Source: Lama glama (taxonomy: Eukaryota). From it: a DNA stretch of 64,000 nt. The notes under the pieces were generated by a model. That model saw nothing but the letters and a program-made list of their open reading frames with translations, ran no database searches and had not been told where the DNA came from. Made by a program: the position numbers and the translations under genes. The first letter of the stretch is position 1; each line of letters begins with the position of its first letter. Positions 24,515 through 36,001 of this stretch are shown here, one piece after another. The stretch lies in contig CM052817.1 of the NCBI GenBank assembly GCA_028534125.1, forward strand, positions 5,148,001 to 5,212,000. Reading direction: 5' to 3'.

Positions 24515-24571
24515 TTGTTGTTGTTTTTTTCACTGAGATATAACTGGCATACCAGAAAATGCACACTCTTA
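24515..24571 (-). mobile_element. Ultra-short (~57 bp) L1 3'-end insertion with TSD
   Basis: T-tail then cactgagatataactggcataccagaaaatgcacactctt; direct repeat aagccattgg at 24505-14 and 24572-81. Confidence 0.75.
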
Positions 24572-24596
24572 AAGCCATTGGGTTTTAAGCAGGGGA

Positions 24597-25659
24597 TGTT
24601 GGAAGACTATGACAGCAGGCTCTTAAGATGGTCCCCATGATCCTTACCCACTATGGGATGGAGGATGTGGGAATAACCTATCACCTGCTTCTAACCAATA
24701 GAATATGGCAAAGCTGATGGGATGTTTGTGATTCCGTGTACATGATTAGGTTTTATAAGCCTGTAACACACATCTGTCTGAGTGATTCCCTCTTGCTGGT
24801 ATGGACGAGGCATGCTCCCATTTAGGGAAGCCCAAATTCGGGCAAGGGACTGCAGATGGCCTCTAAAAACTGAAGGGAACTTCCAGCTGACAGCCAGCAA
24901 GAAACAGAAGCCCTCCATCCCACAGCCATAAGGAATTAAATTCTGCCAACCACCCCATGTGGGCTTGTAAACAGACCCGTTTCTGGTCAAGCCTCCAGAT
25001 GAAAACCCAGCCTAGCAGAGGACCCACTTACGCTTCTTCCAGACTTCAGACTCATGGAAACTATGAGATAAAAATCTAGGTTATTTTAAGTTGCTAAGGT
25101 TGTAGCAGTATTGTTACACAGTGATAGCTAACTGATACAATGATCATCCTTTCTGGGTCTGCTGTATTTCTACACATCTGACAATCAGAAGCACTGACTG
25201 CCTTTGTTTCACATTGTCTTTTCAAAGATGTTTGTATATAAATAGCCTGGGAAGGTAAAAAGAGTGTCTGCCTCCCACGCAGAGCATGGGTTTGTTTACT
25301 GACTAGCGTGATGAAGAGAAATATCTCCCTCTGGGCCAAAGTTTGGGCAGGTTTGCTCTTAGCTCATTAGAAAAGATTTGGGGTCCCTAAGTTTGGGGCT
25401 TCTTTCCTGTCATGCCGCCCATTGCCTGTGCAGGCATTTCTTGGCCCTGTTACATCACCCTTGTGGGAACTGGGAAACTGGGGAAATGGTTCAAGGAAAG
25501 GATGAAGCCCGTGCTATGGGCATTGCTGTCAGTGATACACTCTTCTTTGTCTCTGACCAAAGAGTCTCTTGTCTTCTGCCAACGTCCATGAAACTGTAAC
25601 AGGCTAACTTATTAGCTCTCAAGTATGTTAAAACCCCAGACCCTCCACTGTCCCTGACA
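24597..25659 (+). mobile_element. ERV solo LTR (LTR40-like), interrupted by an MLT1
   Basis: Begins TGTTGGAAGAC, ends TGACA; gcactgactgcctttgtt ... cttttcaaagatgtttgtata; tttgtctctgacc; L2 resumes directly after. Confidence 0.7.
24608..25139 (+). mobile_element. MLT1E/F-like LTR nested in the LTR40-like element
   Basis: taagatggtccccatgatcc; tgcttctaaccaatagaatatggcaaag; cagccagcaagaaac; aattctgccaaccacc; actgataca end. Confidence 0.85.
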
Positions 25660-25794
25660 GAAGAGTGACATGATCTTATTTGCATTTTTAAAAACCCTCT
25701 TGGGCTGTTCTGTAGAGGAAACAGGAAGGTGGGAATGGAAGCAAGAAGACAAAGTGGCCATTGACTCAGTCATCCCGGCAGAAGCCGATGGGGG

Positions 25795-26157
25795 TGCTAT
25801 GGCTAAATGTTCATGTTCCCCCTACCCGTATGTTGAAGGCTTAACCCCCAACGTGATAGTATTGGGAGGTGGGGCCCTGGGGGGGTAACTGGGTTTGGAT
25901 GAGGGCTTGAGGGTGGGGCCCTTATGATGGGATTAGTGTCCTTACACGAAGAGGAAGGACACCAGAGACATCCTCCTTTTTCCACCAGTGAGAAGGTAGC
26001 CGTCTGTAAGCCAGGAAGGGCTTTCACCAGGAACCAAATCAACCAGCACCTTGATTTGGTGTTTCCCAGGCCCCAGAACCATGAGAAATATCTATCTGTT
26101 GTTTGAAGCCCCCGAGTCTCCTGGATTTTATTGTGGTAGCTTGTACTGACTGAGATG
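25795..26157 (+). mobile_element. MLT1A-like solo LTR
   Basis: tgctatgg start; tatgttgaaggcttaacccccaacgtgatagtattgggaggtggggcc; atgatgggattagtgtcctta; cagcaccttgat. Confidence 0.9.
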
Positions 26158-26919
26158 AAGGGCTTGGACCAGGGCAGAACTGATGAAGATGGTGTCATGA
26201 GCTTTGGAGGAAGGTCTGGCTACTTAGTGAGGGACGAGGAAATGGAGGGAGGAATCAAGGACACTCCTGAGCTTTTGGCCTGTGCACATGGAGTGAAGGT
26301 AGTTCTGTTTGTTAAGATGAGGAGGGAAGGGGCCATAGAGGAGGGCGTGGGGAGAAACTGCTGGACATGTTAGAGAGGAGACGTGTATTAGACGTATAAG
26401 GGAGAAGATGGTGTGCGAGCCTGGAGCTCAAGAGAGGCGTGTGGACTGGAGATTCAGATGTGCAGGAGAATGCAGAGAGGAGGGGAGGGGGCAGATAAAA
26501 GAGGCTCTGGGATGGGCCTCTGGGGCCCTCCAGCATGGGAAGGTCTGGCTAAAACACCAGCCAAGTTCAAATGAAGGCCCTAAGCACTGACCAAGGGGAG
26601 CGGAGTCCTATGTCAGGGTCAGACAGCCCCTTGCCCTGCCGGGCATTTCCCCTCTTGTTCCTGGCTTATGAGGAGGCCCAAGGATACTTGGACCAGAGTC
26701 CCCGGAAAGTGAAGGCCTTGAGGGGCCTGGAGAAGCAATTTGCTAACTGGTATGAAAAGATTCTCATAGCTAAACACCCAGAATAATTGTCCCAGTGTCC
26801 ACTGACTATCACCCAACTTCAAGACCCCTTTGCAGGGGTGACCTGGGAGCCCCCCAATCCTTGACCCGCCTCCCAGCAGGGATACTAACTTGGTTGCCAA
26901 CTGGTCACTGCTTCCAGCT

Positions 26920-27280
26920 CCTGAATTTTCATTAAAACCCTGGGCATTTCCCCAGAGCTCAAAGGCGTCCCGATTAATTACGGGCAAATGTTGGCTCTCC
27001 CCCCGGAAATCTGCCGCCCCAGCCTGGCTCCGTCCCCTATGATTTTATTAAAATCCACCTTGCCAGCCAGGGCCCTGAGATTTATGGCCACAGCTAATAG
27101 GCTGCCTCCCCACGAGACATAAATCTGGGGCCTGCCCTGGGAGCTGCTTGCTGCTAAGAGGCCGGTTAATTGTTCCACCTAGAGGGGTCCACGGAGGAAT
27201 GTTCAATTAGGCCTCTCAGAAAATTTGGAGCATTAAATAAGGTGAACAAGGATTCGGGCGCCATAATTTTCTGAGAAACG
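26920..27280. promoter_or_regulatory. Candidate developmental enhancer (homeodomain/HOX motif cluster)
   Basis: Repeat-free, CpG-retaining; ATTAATTA, TGATTTTATTA, GATTTATGG, CATAAATC, TAATTG, CAATTA. Confidence 0.5.
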
Positions 27281-27584
27281 GCCCTTTCTTGCTCCCTTGG
27301 CCCGTTGCAGGCCCCTGGGCCTCCTCTGGCTTTTCTCAGGCCAGGAGGCATTCTCGAGGATCACACGGCAGCACTCTCCGTAGTCAGTTGGAAACCAGGC
27401 AGCTGCAGGATTTATCATCCTCCAGAAGTCCTTGGAACTTTCTCACCCAAAGTCACCTGCTGACTAGCCTCTCTGCATCCTTGGAGAGTTACCTCCACTC
27501 TTTCAGCCTCCGTTTCCCTCCCTATAAGATGGGGTAACATGGGCTGTGCCATCCACAGCCCCCACCCAGTAAGGCTGGAGAGTC

Positions 27585-27880
27585 ACGTTCATTCATTTGC
27601 TCATTCAACAACTATGGCCGAGTCATTGCCACAACAAGCCATGGGCTTCCTATGTGCCAGGAAACATGCAAGATCTGGGGCTACAGGGAGAAAAACCAAA
27701 GGTCCTGCCCTCAAGGAACTCACAGTCTCGATGGAAGGCAGATGAAGGGACCCTGAAGATGCTGACTGCTAAACGTTGTGATAGAGGCCCTGGGGAGGGG
27801 AGGTGGGAGCCCAAAGGAGACACCTAACCAGCTGGAGAGTGGCATCAGTCAGGGAGGACTTCCTGGAAGAGGAGACCAGA
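27585..27880 (-). mobile_element. L2 3' end
   Basis: ttcattcatttgctcattcaacaa ... cctatgtgccagg ... cctgccctcaaggaactcacagtct ... tcagggaggacttcctggaagagg. Confidence 0.85.
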
Positions 27881-29749
27881 GTTAGATGATTTTGCTGTAC
27901 CTGGGCATGGCTGAGCTCTCCCAGGGCATCACCCTAGCATGTCCCATGAAGCTTATTTGTGAGCACATGTTGGGAATACCTCGCTTTCACTCTAGACCGG
28001 CCACTGCAGGTTAAGAGTCAACTGCTGTAAAGTAAGAACCTGGAGTTTTTGGAGAGGTTGAGTAAAAGGCCCACGGACACACAGCTGGCAAATGGTAGAG
28101 CAGATGGTGAACCTTGGGTGGACAGCTCTGCAGGACGTGTGGCCAGGCCAAGGGCCTCCAGCCACCATGGTCCACAGCCCCGCGAATGCCTGGCAGTGAC
28201 AGCCACAGACCCAGATCCCGCTCTCTGCTGGAAGAGGCCTTCATCAAGTCACCATTTCTGAGACCTGAATTTTGGCAAGTTCTGCATTTGTTCCACACCT
28301 CTTGGCCTGAACCCAGCTGGGACCTTGGTCTGGCTCCCCAGGCCACACAATCCCCCATCCGTGGAAGGAGAATCCCCTTCTCTGTCTCCTCTAAGATGGA
28401 TCAGTCCCCCAGGTTTTTGGAGCTTGGTCCCCAAATGGGGCTGGAACCAAGGCTGAGCCACTGACAGACCCCTGTGTACACATTGCCCGCCCTGTGGGCT
28501 GTCTCCTTATTAAATCTCCTTGAATCACCGTGCTTGAAACATACCATCTTTTCCTTTTGGACCCTGATGGGTATCAACATCAGGTAAGATAGAGACTGGA
28601 AAACGTCCCCTGGGCTTAGGCTCAAACGATGCCTACGATTCTAACCTTACTTGGGTCAGTGAGCTGCGGGGCTCTGCTGACTTGAGACGGAACGTTTTCT
28701 TTCCCCAGCCTCACGACTACCACTGCTAAGGTCATCGCACACCGGCGGCTCAGCCTGTAAACCCGACGCCTCGCTCCTGAACGTGAGGAAGGGCACTCCC
28801 CATGCAGCTGCGTGGACCTGGGCGAGCCCCTGCGATCTTGTCCCACCCTCTTTGCCCTTCCGTGCCTCAGTTTCCTTCTCCATTGCTAGGAATACAACAA
28901 CCAGCCTCTGAAGACGGTTAGGGGGACGTGTGGTGAAACATGGCTAGGAAAATACTTGGCAAGCTAGAAAGTGCCAGGAGAACAGAATGGATTATCACAA
29001 AGCTTTTGCGTTTTTATTTTTAACCTGCATGAAATTCTGGAAACCATTGGCTGCCAAGAAATGCTAAGCTGTAGTTTATGTTCCACGGGGAAATCGGGCT
29101 TATTTTAAGTGGGGAATTGAGGGTGTACAGCTTATTTATTTGGCAAACATGGAACGAGCCAAGGGGGCCCCAGCCACCCGGCTCTCAGCTTGGCGTTGCC
29201 CTGAGTTCGTTCCAACCAATCCATTGGCCCGGAGTGGAAGCGCTTTCCAGAATCTGGGAACAAGGTTGTTTTCGCCCAAGGTCACTGCCTCCCTCATCTC
29301 CCTCACCTGGAATGTCGGGCAGCCTGGGGCTGACAGCTCTGCAGGATGTGCGGTCAGATCAGGGGCTCCAAACTCAGCTCCCTCACAAATGTAATAACTT
29401 TTCACACCAGTAGAGGTGTCGCTGCTGGTCGTGTGCACAGAGACATAGCAACAGCTAACTCCCCCGGCCAGCCTGGAGGGGACGGCGAGGCCCCAGACCC
29501 TGTCCTTCAGGAGGGGACACTCATTTCCCAGCTTTGGGGAGTGGTGGCGGCAAAGACTCTCTCCTGAGTCCTTCTCCAGACTCGCCCTCAGCTAAAGAGC
29601 CATCTTGCTTAAGGAGGGAGGACGAGTAACCGCAGTCCAGGGAGGGGCAGCTCTGTTCCTCCTCCTGAGCCCACGATGCATCTGCAGAGCTGCTGGGTCC
29701 GACTTCCCTCCCCTTCTCGCCCCTGTAAAGTCTGCACAGGAGTCAGAGC

Positions 29750-29920
29750 CTGTTTTCCAGGGAACTGGACCTGTGACAAACCCTAAGAGTAGCTGTCCCC
29801 CTTCAGAGATGAGAAAACGGAGGCACAGAAATTGGAGAAACTCTCACGAGGCCCCGCAGCTGGGAACTGGCAGGACTGGGATCGGAACCAAGGCCTTCTG
29901 GCTCCTAGGGAGGTGTGCTC
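29750..29920 (-). mobile_element. MIR SINE
   Basis: agatgagaaaacggaggcacagaaa ... gcagctgggaactggcaggactgggatcggaacc. Confidence 0.75.
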
Positions 29921-30699
29921 TGTGCTTGGCATCAGCAGACACCCACTGTGTGTGCAAGCGGTGCAGCCCAAACCCAGCCTTGCGGACACGTGGGGCTCCT
30001 GCGCACAGGAGAGCACGGAGCGTGGAGAGGGCACCGAGGGCTGCAGCGGTGGCCCCGCCGAAGGGCTGGCCCAGCCATTCCTTCCTCGCTATGCTTCCCC
30101 ACGGTGTCCACAGCTCTGGGTAGCAGACCTGTCACCTCGGCCTCGGCCCCGAGGCTCCTGACGTTCCCTGCCAGGGAAGAGGAATGGGACATCCCATGCT
30201 GCTCCACGGGGACTCAAGTGACTAAGATACAGTCCCTGCAGACCCACGGCTCACCCTCTAGCCAAGGAGACCGATGTGTTAACAGTTCGGTTCCCCAAGC
30301 CTGGCGCACCAGGCGCAGAGCTGTGCACTGAAACCCAGAAGGGAGACACCGCCCCTGCCCTCTGTCCCTGCCCGGGCTCGCTAAAGCGCTGCTTGCTGCG
30401 GGAAGGCGCCCTGGCTGCCAACCAGAAAGTAGCCCAAAGCAGTAGAAAGAGGGCCCAGCCTCACTTCCTCTTCCGCTCTGACTGTATGGCCTCAGTGGAA
30501 CCTAATTTGTCTCCATCCCCAGCCGCAAGGAAGTCCGGGAAATAAGGTTTTTGGCTTTCCAGTCCCTGCAGGTGAGGAAGGAGCCACAGCTGGAGGTGAG
30601 CCGGGATACTGGGAGCCAACCAACCACACCCACCGGTCGGGCATCAACCCATGTGCAGTTTTCTCCGCGGCGCCTGTCAGCGTCCCGCACCTCCTTACA

Positions 30700-31390
30700 T
30701 GTCATGCTTAGGGTCTTTGCCCCCTGGGATGTAAGCACTGTCTTCTGTACCCCCAGCTCCTGTCCTGTGCCAGGCTTTTGGTAGGTGCCCAATGAGCGTT
30801 TGTTGAGCGGGTGAATGACGTCTTATCTAAATCATCACAACTGCCTCCCACAGGCTGTTTGCTCCCAGCCTTTCGCCATTCCACCCTCCACGCTGCCCCT
30901 AGGGACCCCTCCCCAGATAAGGCTCATTCAATCTCTCCCCTCCTGAAAATCTTCCCATGGCTTCTAGTCGCTGAGGAACCATGTCCAGACTCTCCTGCCA
31001 GCCTGCAGAGGACCCTTTAATCCAGACTCTGCATTCCCAGCCTCATTACCCACGCACCCCACCACTGCCCACCTGGGCTCCCCCCGGGTGCTTCCCCCAT
31101 TCCTAGTACACTGCAGCTTGCCTTGCCTCTCTGCGCTGAATGTCCTCCCATACTTCTCTGAGAACCAGACTTCTATTTAAGTTTCAAAGCCCAACCCCAA
31201 ACTGCCCTCTCCTACAGGGCCATGGCTATCTACTTGTCTTTTTTTCTGTTTTCTTGCCCATCTCCTCTCCAGACAGTCTGCTCTTAGAGGCCAGTGACTC
31301 TGTTCTAGTGATCTCTGCAACCCCAGAACCCATGCCTCATACAAAATGGGCACACAGGAGATGCTGGATGGATGGACGGATGGATGAACA
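30700..31390 (+). mobile_element. L2 fragments (two 3' ends)
   Basis: gtgccaggcttttggtaggtgcccaatgagcgtttgttgagc; ctcctgaaaatcttcccatggcttc; ctcttagaggccagtgactctgt ... ggatggatgga. Confidence 0.7.
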
Positions 31391-31469
31391 TTGCAGCATG
31401 AGCTCAAAGAACCACGCGTTGTCTGGTGTAGCTAGAACTTAGGATTTGGGACGTATTTAAGGAATTATT

Positions 31470-31675
31470 CTCACACTGTCTTCCTGACTTGATCCTTACT
31501 TACAGTGCCATGAGGTAATCAGGGGGCAGATTTCACTCCCATTTTACAGGCAAAGAAACTGAGGCTGGGAGAGGTTTAAGCAACACAGATCAGCAAGTGG
31601 CAAAGCAGAGACCAGAATCCGGACCGCACGACTCCAGAGGCAGTGCTCCTGGCTCAGCTCACCCCGGCGGCCATG
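31470..31675 (-). mobile_element. MIR SINE
   Basis: cccattttacaggcaaagaaactgaggctgggagaggtttaagcaacacag ... aagtggcaaagcag. Confidence 0.85.
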
Positions 31676-32507
31676 GGACTGGCCGCAATTAAGACTTCGC
31701 CAAGAAGGAAGGGCCTTTTGATCCAAATTATATGGCCCTTTGTGCTCGAAGTAATTAACACAGAGCCACCGGATGGTGTTTGCAGCTGGTTCGCCCGCCC
31801 GCGTGGGCGACGCAGAGACATCATTATCTGGTGCCACGTAGCCTGCCCAACCCTGCCCCAGACCCAGGGCCCTGGTTGGAGCCTGGGTTCTCAAGTCCTA
31901 CTAGGGAGCTGGAGGGGCATCAGTCCCTGCAGGCTGCAGACTGTGGGCCCCAGGCCAGCCGGCTCCAGGCCTCCCCTCTTCCACACTGGCTCAACCCTCC
32001 CCTTTGCAGATGGGCCCCTTCCGAGTACCCCACTGAAATCTGTACCCTCCACCCCCACAACCACTCCCAATCCCTGATACTGACTCGCCTCTTCCTTTTT
32101 TTCACCCGTGCCCCCCAGCACCTCATCTGAGGCCTGGCTTACAAGGGGACACTTGACAGACGTTGGCTGGATGGATGGGTGAATGAAGAAATGCATGAGC
32201 ACCAGGGTGCTACCGCCGGGTGGGGTGACTTTGAGCAGGTTGACTCACCCTCTCCAGGCCTCCGGTGCCGCTCTGCAGAATGGGGAGAGGTATTGCTACC
32301 TCACACAGTCAGCGTAAGACCCCTGGGGGCACCAGAGGTGGCAGCGCTTGCCTTGGGGCCTGGCACTTAGTAGGGTCTCAAACTTTTCCCCTTACTCCTC
32401 TGACCTCCCCCCGCAATTCCTGCAGTGGTACTTGCTAGTCATCTAATCCGATTTCACATCTCTGAGTGAGTGACTGTCCAGATCGAAGGTAGAGGGAATC
32501 AGGGTTC

Positions 32508-32745
32508 CAATAAGCTACTGCTGGGTAGCAAATGACCCCATAGTTAGTGACTTAAAACAATCATTTTGTTCTATGTCATGATTTAGGGGTCAGATCTGGG
32601 CAGGGTTCATGGGGCCATTCTCAAGCTCCGTGTGGCTCTGGCTGGGGTCACTTAGTGGTACTCAGCAGGCAGTTGGGCTGAACTGAAGGTAATGTGCAGA
32701 CTTGAAAGGCAAGTTCAAGGTGATCCCCTTCACACCTGGGCTCAT
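32508..32745 (-). mobile_element. MLT1 (H/G-like) fragment
   Basis: ttagtgacttaaaacaatcatt ... tctgggcagggttca ... ggctggggtcact. Confidence 0.6.
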
Positions 32746-32802
32746 TGCCCATTGACAGATATGGGGTGCAGTGGTAAGTACTCAATGGTGGTAATCACTG
32801 TT

Positions 32803-33088
32803 ACCATCACCACCACCACCATCATCACCACCATTATCATAATCTCAACAATGATCATCATCCGCACCATCATCCCCACCACCACCACCATCATCATCAT
32901 CACCATCACCATTGTCACCATCATCACCATCCTCACCATCACTGTCATCACTCACCACCTTCATCACCATCAGCAACAGCAGCTTTATTACCACCATCAC
33001 CCCCATTTTCATTATCACTACCATCATCCTCACCATCACCATTGTCATCACCTTCACCAACACCTTCATCATCTTTACCACCATCATC
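32803..33088. repeat. Degenerate (CAC/CAT)n trinucleotide repeat
   Basis: Continuous cac/cat units. Confidence 0.95.
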
Positions 33089-33599
33089 TTGCAGAAACAG
33101 ACTGTCAGGACTGGAAGAACTCTTGGAGGCTCCCTAGCCCAACATTTATTTTCCAAAAGGAGAAACTGAGACCAGAGACTGGTCCAAAGTGAAGCATTGA
33201 GTTAAGGACAGAGCTAGAACTGGAACCAAGGGCTCCATCCCCCTGCTCCAGGGCTCTTGCCCCTGCCACAAGACCATGTATGTAACATATGGAGTGGCAA
33301 ACCTTCATCAGAGGACTCTTAGGGAGTAGAAGGAGACTGGATGATTCTCTCTTCTTCCAAGTGGTCCCAACTCTTTCACTTCTTTGTTTTGTCTTTTCAT
33401 AGTCAGTCATCTACCTATTGCTTTTAGACCCTTAACAGGTATCAAAAGTAAGGATATTTCTAGCAAATTGGGGTTGTTTTAGTGGAAATTTTTTTAATGA
33501 AATGGAGCCCAAAGAGACAGACTAGGAGCCATTTTTCTTGGGAGCCCTGATGATTCAGAAGCTGAAGTTCTGACACATGGGGAAAGTGGGGCTAAAGTG

Positions 33600-34115
33600 A
33601 TGGCAACTCCTAAGAAAATTCTCTTACGGATGCTCTTGAAGCTCTTACAACACTCCCAAAGAATTCCTGTGGAATTCCAGAGTCCTTTGTATGGAAGTTT
33701 TGCAGAGGATCCTCATGAAATGTTTCCTGAGCACTCTTGGAGGTCCTGCTGCGTCTCCTTGGGCTGTTTCCAGAATTCTCCCGTCTGTTACTCCTCTTTC
33801 GTGGTGAACTCTTTCACGAGTCTCGCATCACAGTCGGAGAAGCCCTATGGAATTCTCAATGAATGTTCATGAAAACCTCCCAGAGTTGCTGTGTGATCCT
33901 TGATGAGTTCTCACAGAAATATCCCGGAATTCCTACTTGAAACGCTGCCTCAGCTTCTATGGAATTTTTAACTAACTCTCAAGGCATGCTAATAAGATTC
34001 CCATGAAACGTTCACAGAACTTGCAGTCAATTATCTTAGAAACCGCAGAGGACACTTGCAGGAATCTTGCCGTATTCCCTGGGAATACAAATAAACCGAA
34101 GACTCTAGAAACTAC
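33600..34115. repeat. Decayed GAATTC/GAA-TTC-rich cryptic repeat
   Basis: GAATTC at 33661, 33672, 33773, 33850, 33927 plus many variants (aaattctc, gagttctc, ggaatttt, agattccc). Confidence 0.55.
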
Positions 34116-36001
34116 CAAGGAAGGACAGGCCCAGCCCTCGGGGTCTATGTCAGAGGGGGCTCGGGACTAGGAGAGGAGCGGGGGCGTCTCCCCCGGATGT
34201 AGTAAGAAGGCTGCAGTAGGCATGACTCAAGCAGCGTCTTCCGACTTGAGCCCCAGGAAGGAAGATGCAAGACCAGAGACCAGTCTGGATTCTCTCAGCA
34301 AATATTTTCCCATTCCACCCTGTGTTGTCCCACTTCAAAGGCATCTCCACCCAGGACCTAGCGACAATTGATCGGAACGTCCCCAATAAAGCCTTGCACA
34401 TTGTTAACCATCCCCATCCCCTCCTTGGAGCCTCAGGCTAGCCGTGAATGTTGTCCAAATCATTAATTAAGCCCAAGTCAATTAAAAGCAGTGGATGTTG
34501 GCACATCCTGGGCACCATTTACATCTATTGATGTAAAGTAATTCTTTTCAGAGAGGAAGACAGAGTCATGCTGGCCACGACTGCATTGAGCCCTCCCCAG
34601 AGCCTGCTGTTTTGGGACAATACGCTGGGTTTTGCAAGTCAGACTCTCCAGAAACTGGATCCCAAGGGGCTCTGCATGGGGGACAGCTGTCACACAAAGA
34701 GGATACCCAGGGAGGTCAGGGAGGCAGCCGGGCAGCACTACCCAGCCTTCACTGCTAAGGTGTCTGCCAATGCTGGGCCCGCTCTGAGCCAGCCTGGCCC
34801 CATCCCAAACTCTGGGCCTGGGAGCTAAGGCCCGACGGGCTGGCCCACTGGCCTTCGTGCCCGATTTGCTGAGCAGCCCTGGACGTCTCTTCCCTATTCT
34901 TAGCTGGGTTGAGTCCGGCTAGTTCCTGACGTCCCAGCTTGTGACAGCTGCTCCCTAGGGCATCCCACGCTAAACTCAATGCCCCTGCCTTATGCTTTCC
35001 TGGTCCCTGGCATGTGCCACAATTCTTACTAAGTGTGGGATGGCTTGTTTAGGGCCTGGGTTCCTGGTAGGGCAGAGACACAGCCTTTTCCCCTGCTGAC
35101 TCCACAGTGCCAAGATGGTGCCTGGCCCACCAGGGTATCTGATAGATGTTTGCTGAATGAATAAATGATGGCCATCCCCAGGATGCTATGATAACAATAA
35201 GAACTGCAACTAACATGAATGGAACAGTTTTCATGTGCAGGCACTGGTCCCAGCCTTCCCATGCCTTAAACGTGTTTAATAGCAGACTGACTATAGACAG
35301 GAGGCACTGGGGTGGAATATTCATAATAATAAACGAACTTGTACTAAGTGCCTACTGTGTGCCAGGCGTGACCCTTGCACCTGTTTTTCTTTCCATTATT
35401 CCAGGTTTTAGTTACCAGCTGGGTTTCCTTTCAGGCTGTTGGAACAGCCATGCCTAGTGCCTTGGGGTGTGTGTGGCCCGGAAGTCAACTGGGACCCAGA
35501 GTCAATATCAATATGGAGAGTAGTCCGGAACCTCGGGCAGTGCCCTGTCTTGTTTTACACTCTTATTGTTTTTATCTCATTGGCCAGACCTGGGTCTCTG
35601 GGTGACCCCGAGCTGCCAGGGAGCTGGGGAAGGGAGGACCCCATCTTTGCTGCCTCTGTCATGGGGGATGATCCAGGTGCTCGGGGACCATTGGTTGGTG
35701 GCTTCCATCGTCCCAAGAAAGGCCCTGGGAGGCAGTGGGTGTGGGCCCCGGCCTTTCCTCCTTTGAAGGAGGGCAGTGATGCCACGGTACCCACCACCCA
35801 TCTCTGGGTCCTGGAGGAGGGCAGATAGACTCCCCTAAGCTGCTCCCCCTTCACCACTTCTCACCACCTTCCTGATTGTACCACACCCTCCCCCACCTGG
35901 ACTGAGTTTACTCAACAATTTTCTCTCAATTGCCTCACCTTTTAGAAACTTTTTAATCTCATCCTAAGCAACAATATCAATGAAATCACAGTTTGAGTGT
36001 G

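Larger units (their letters stand above)
24260..26560 (-). mobile_element. L2 LINE broken by nested insertions
   Basis: Colinear L2 pieces: gacctctctgagaagtaacatttag; ttttaagcagggga|gtgacatgatcttatttgcatttt; ggcttggaccaggg; ggaatcaaggacactcctgagcttttggcctg. Confidence 0.8.

Noticed and set aside
27174..27190. CTCF site (ccacctagaggggt); similar partial matches near 17740, 20243 and 46945
   Set aside because: Core positions mismatch the CCASYAGRKGGC consensus; cannot be called without PWM scoring or ChIP
32692..33192. His/Thr/Ile-rich 166-aa ORF and overlapping ORFs
   Set aside because: Translation of the (CAC/CAT)n simple repeat; no domain or gene structure
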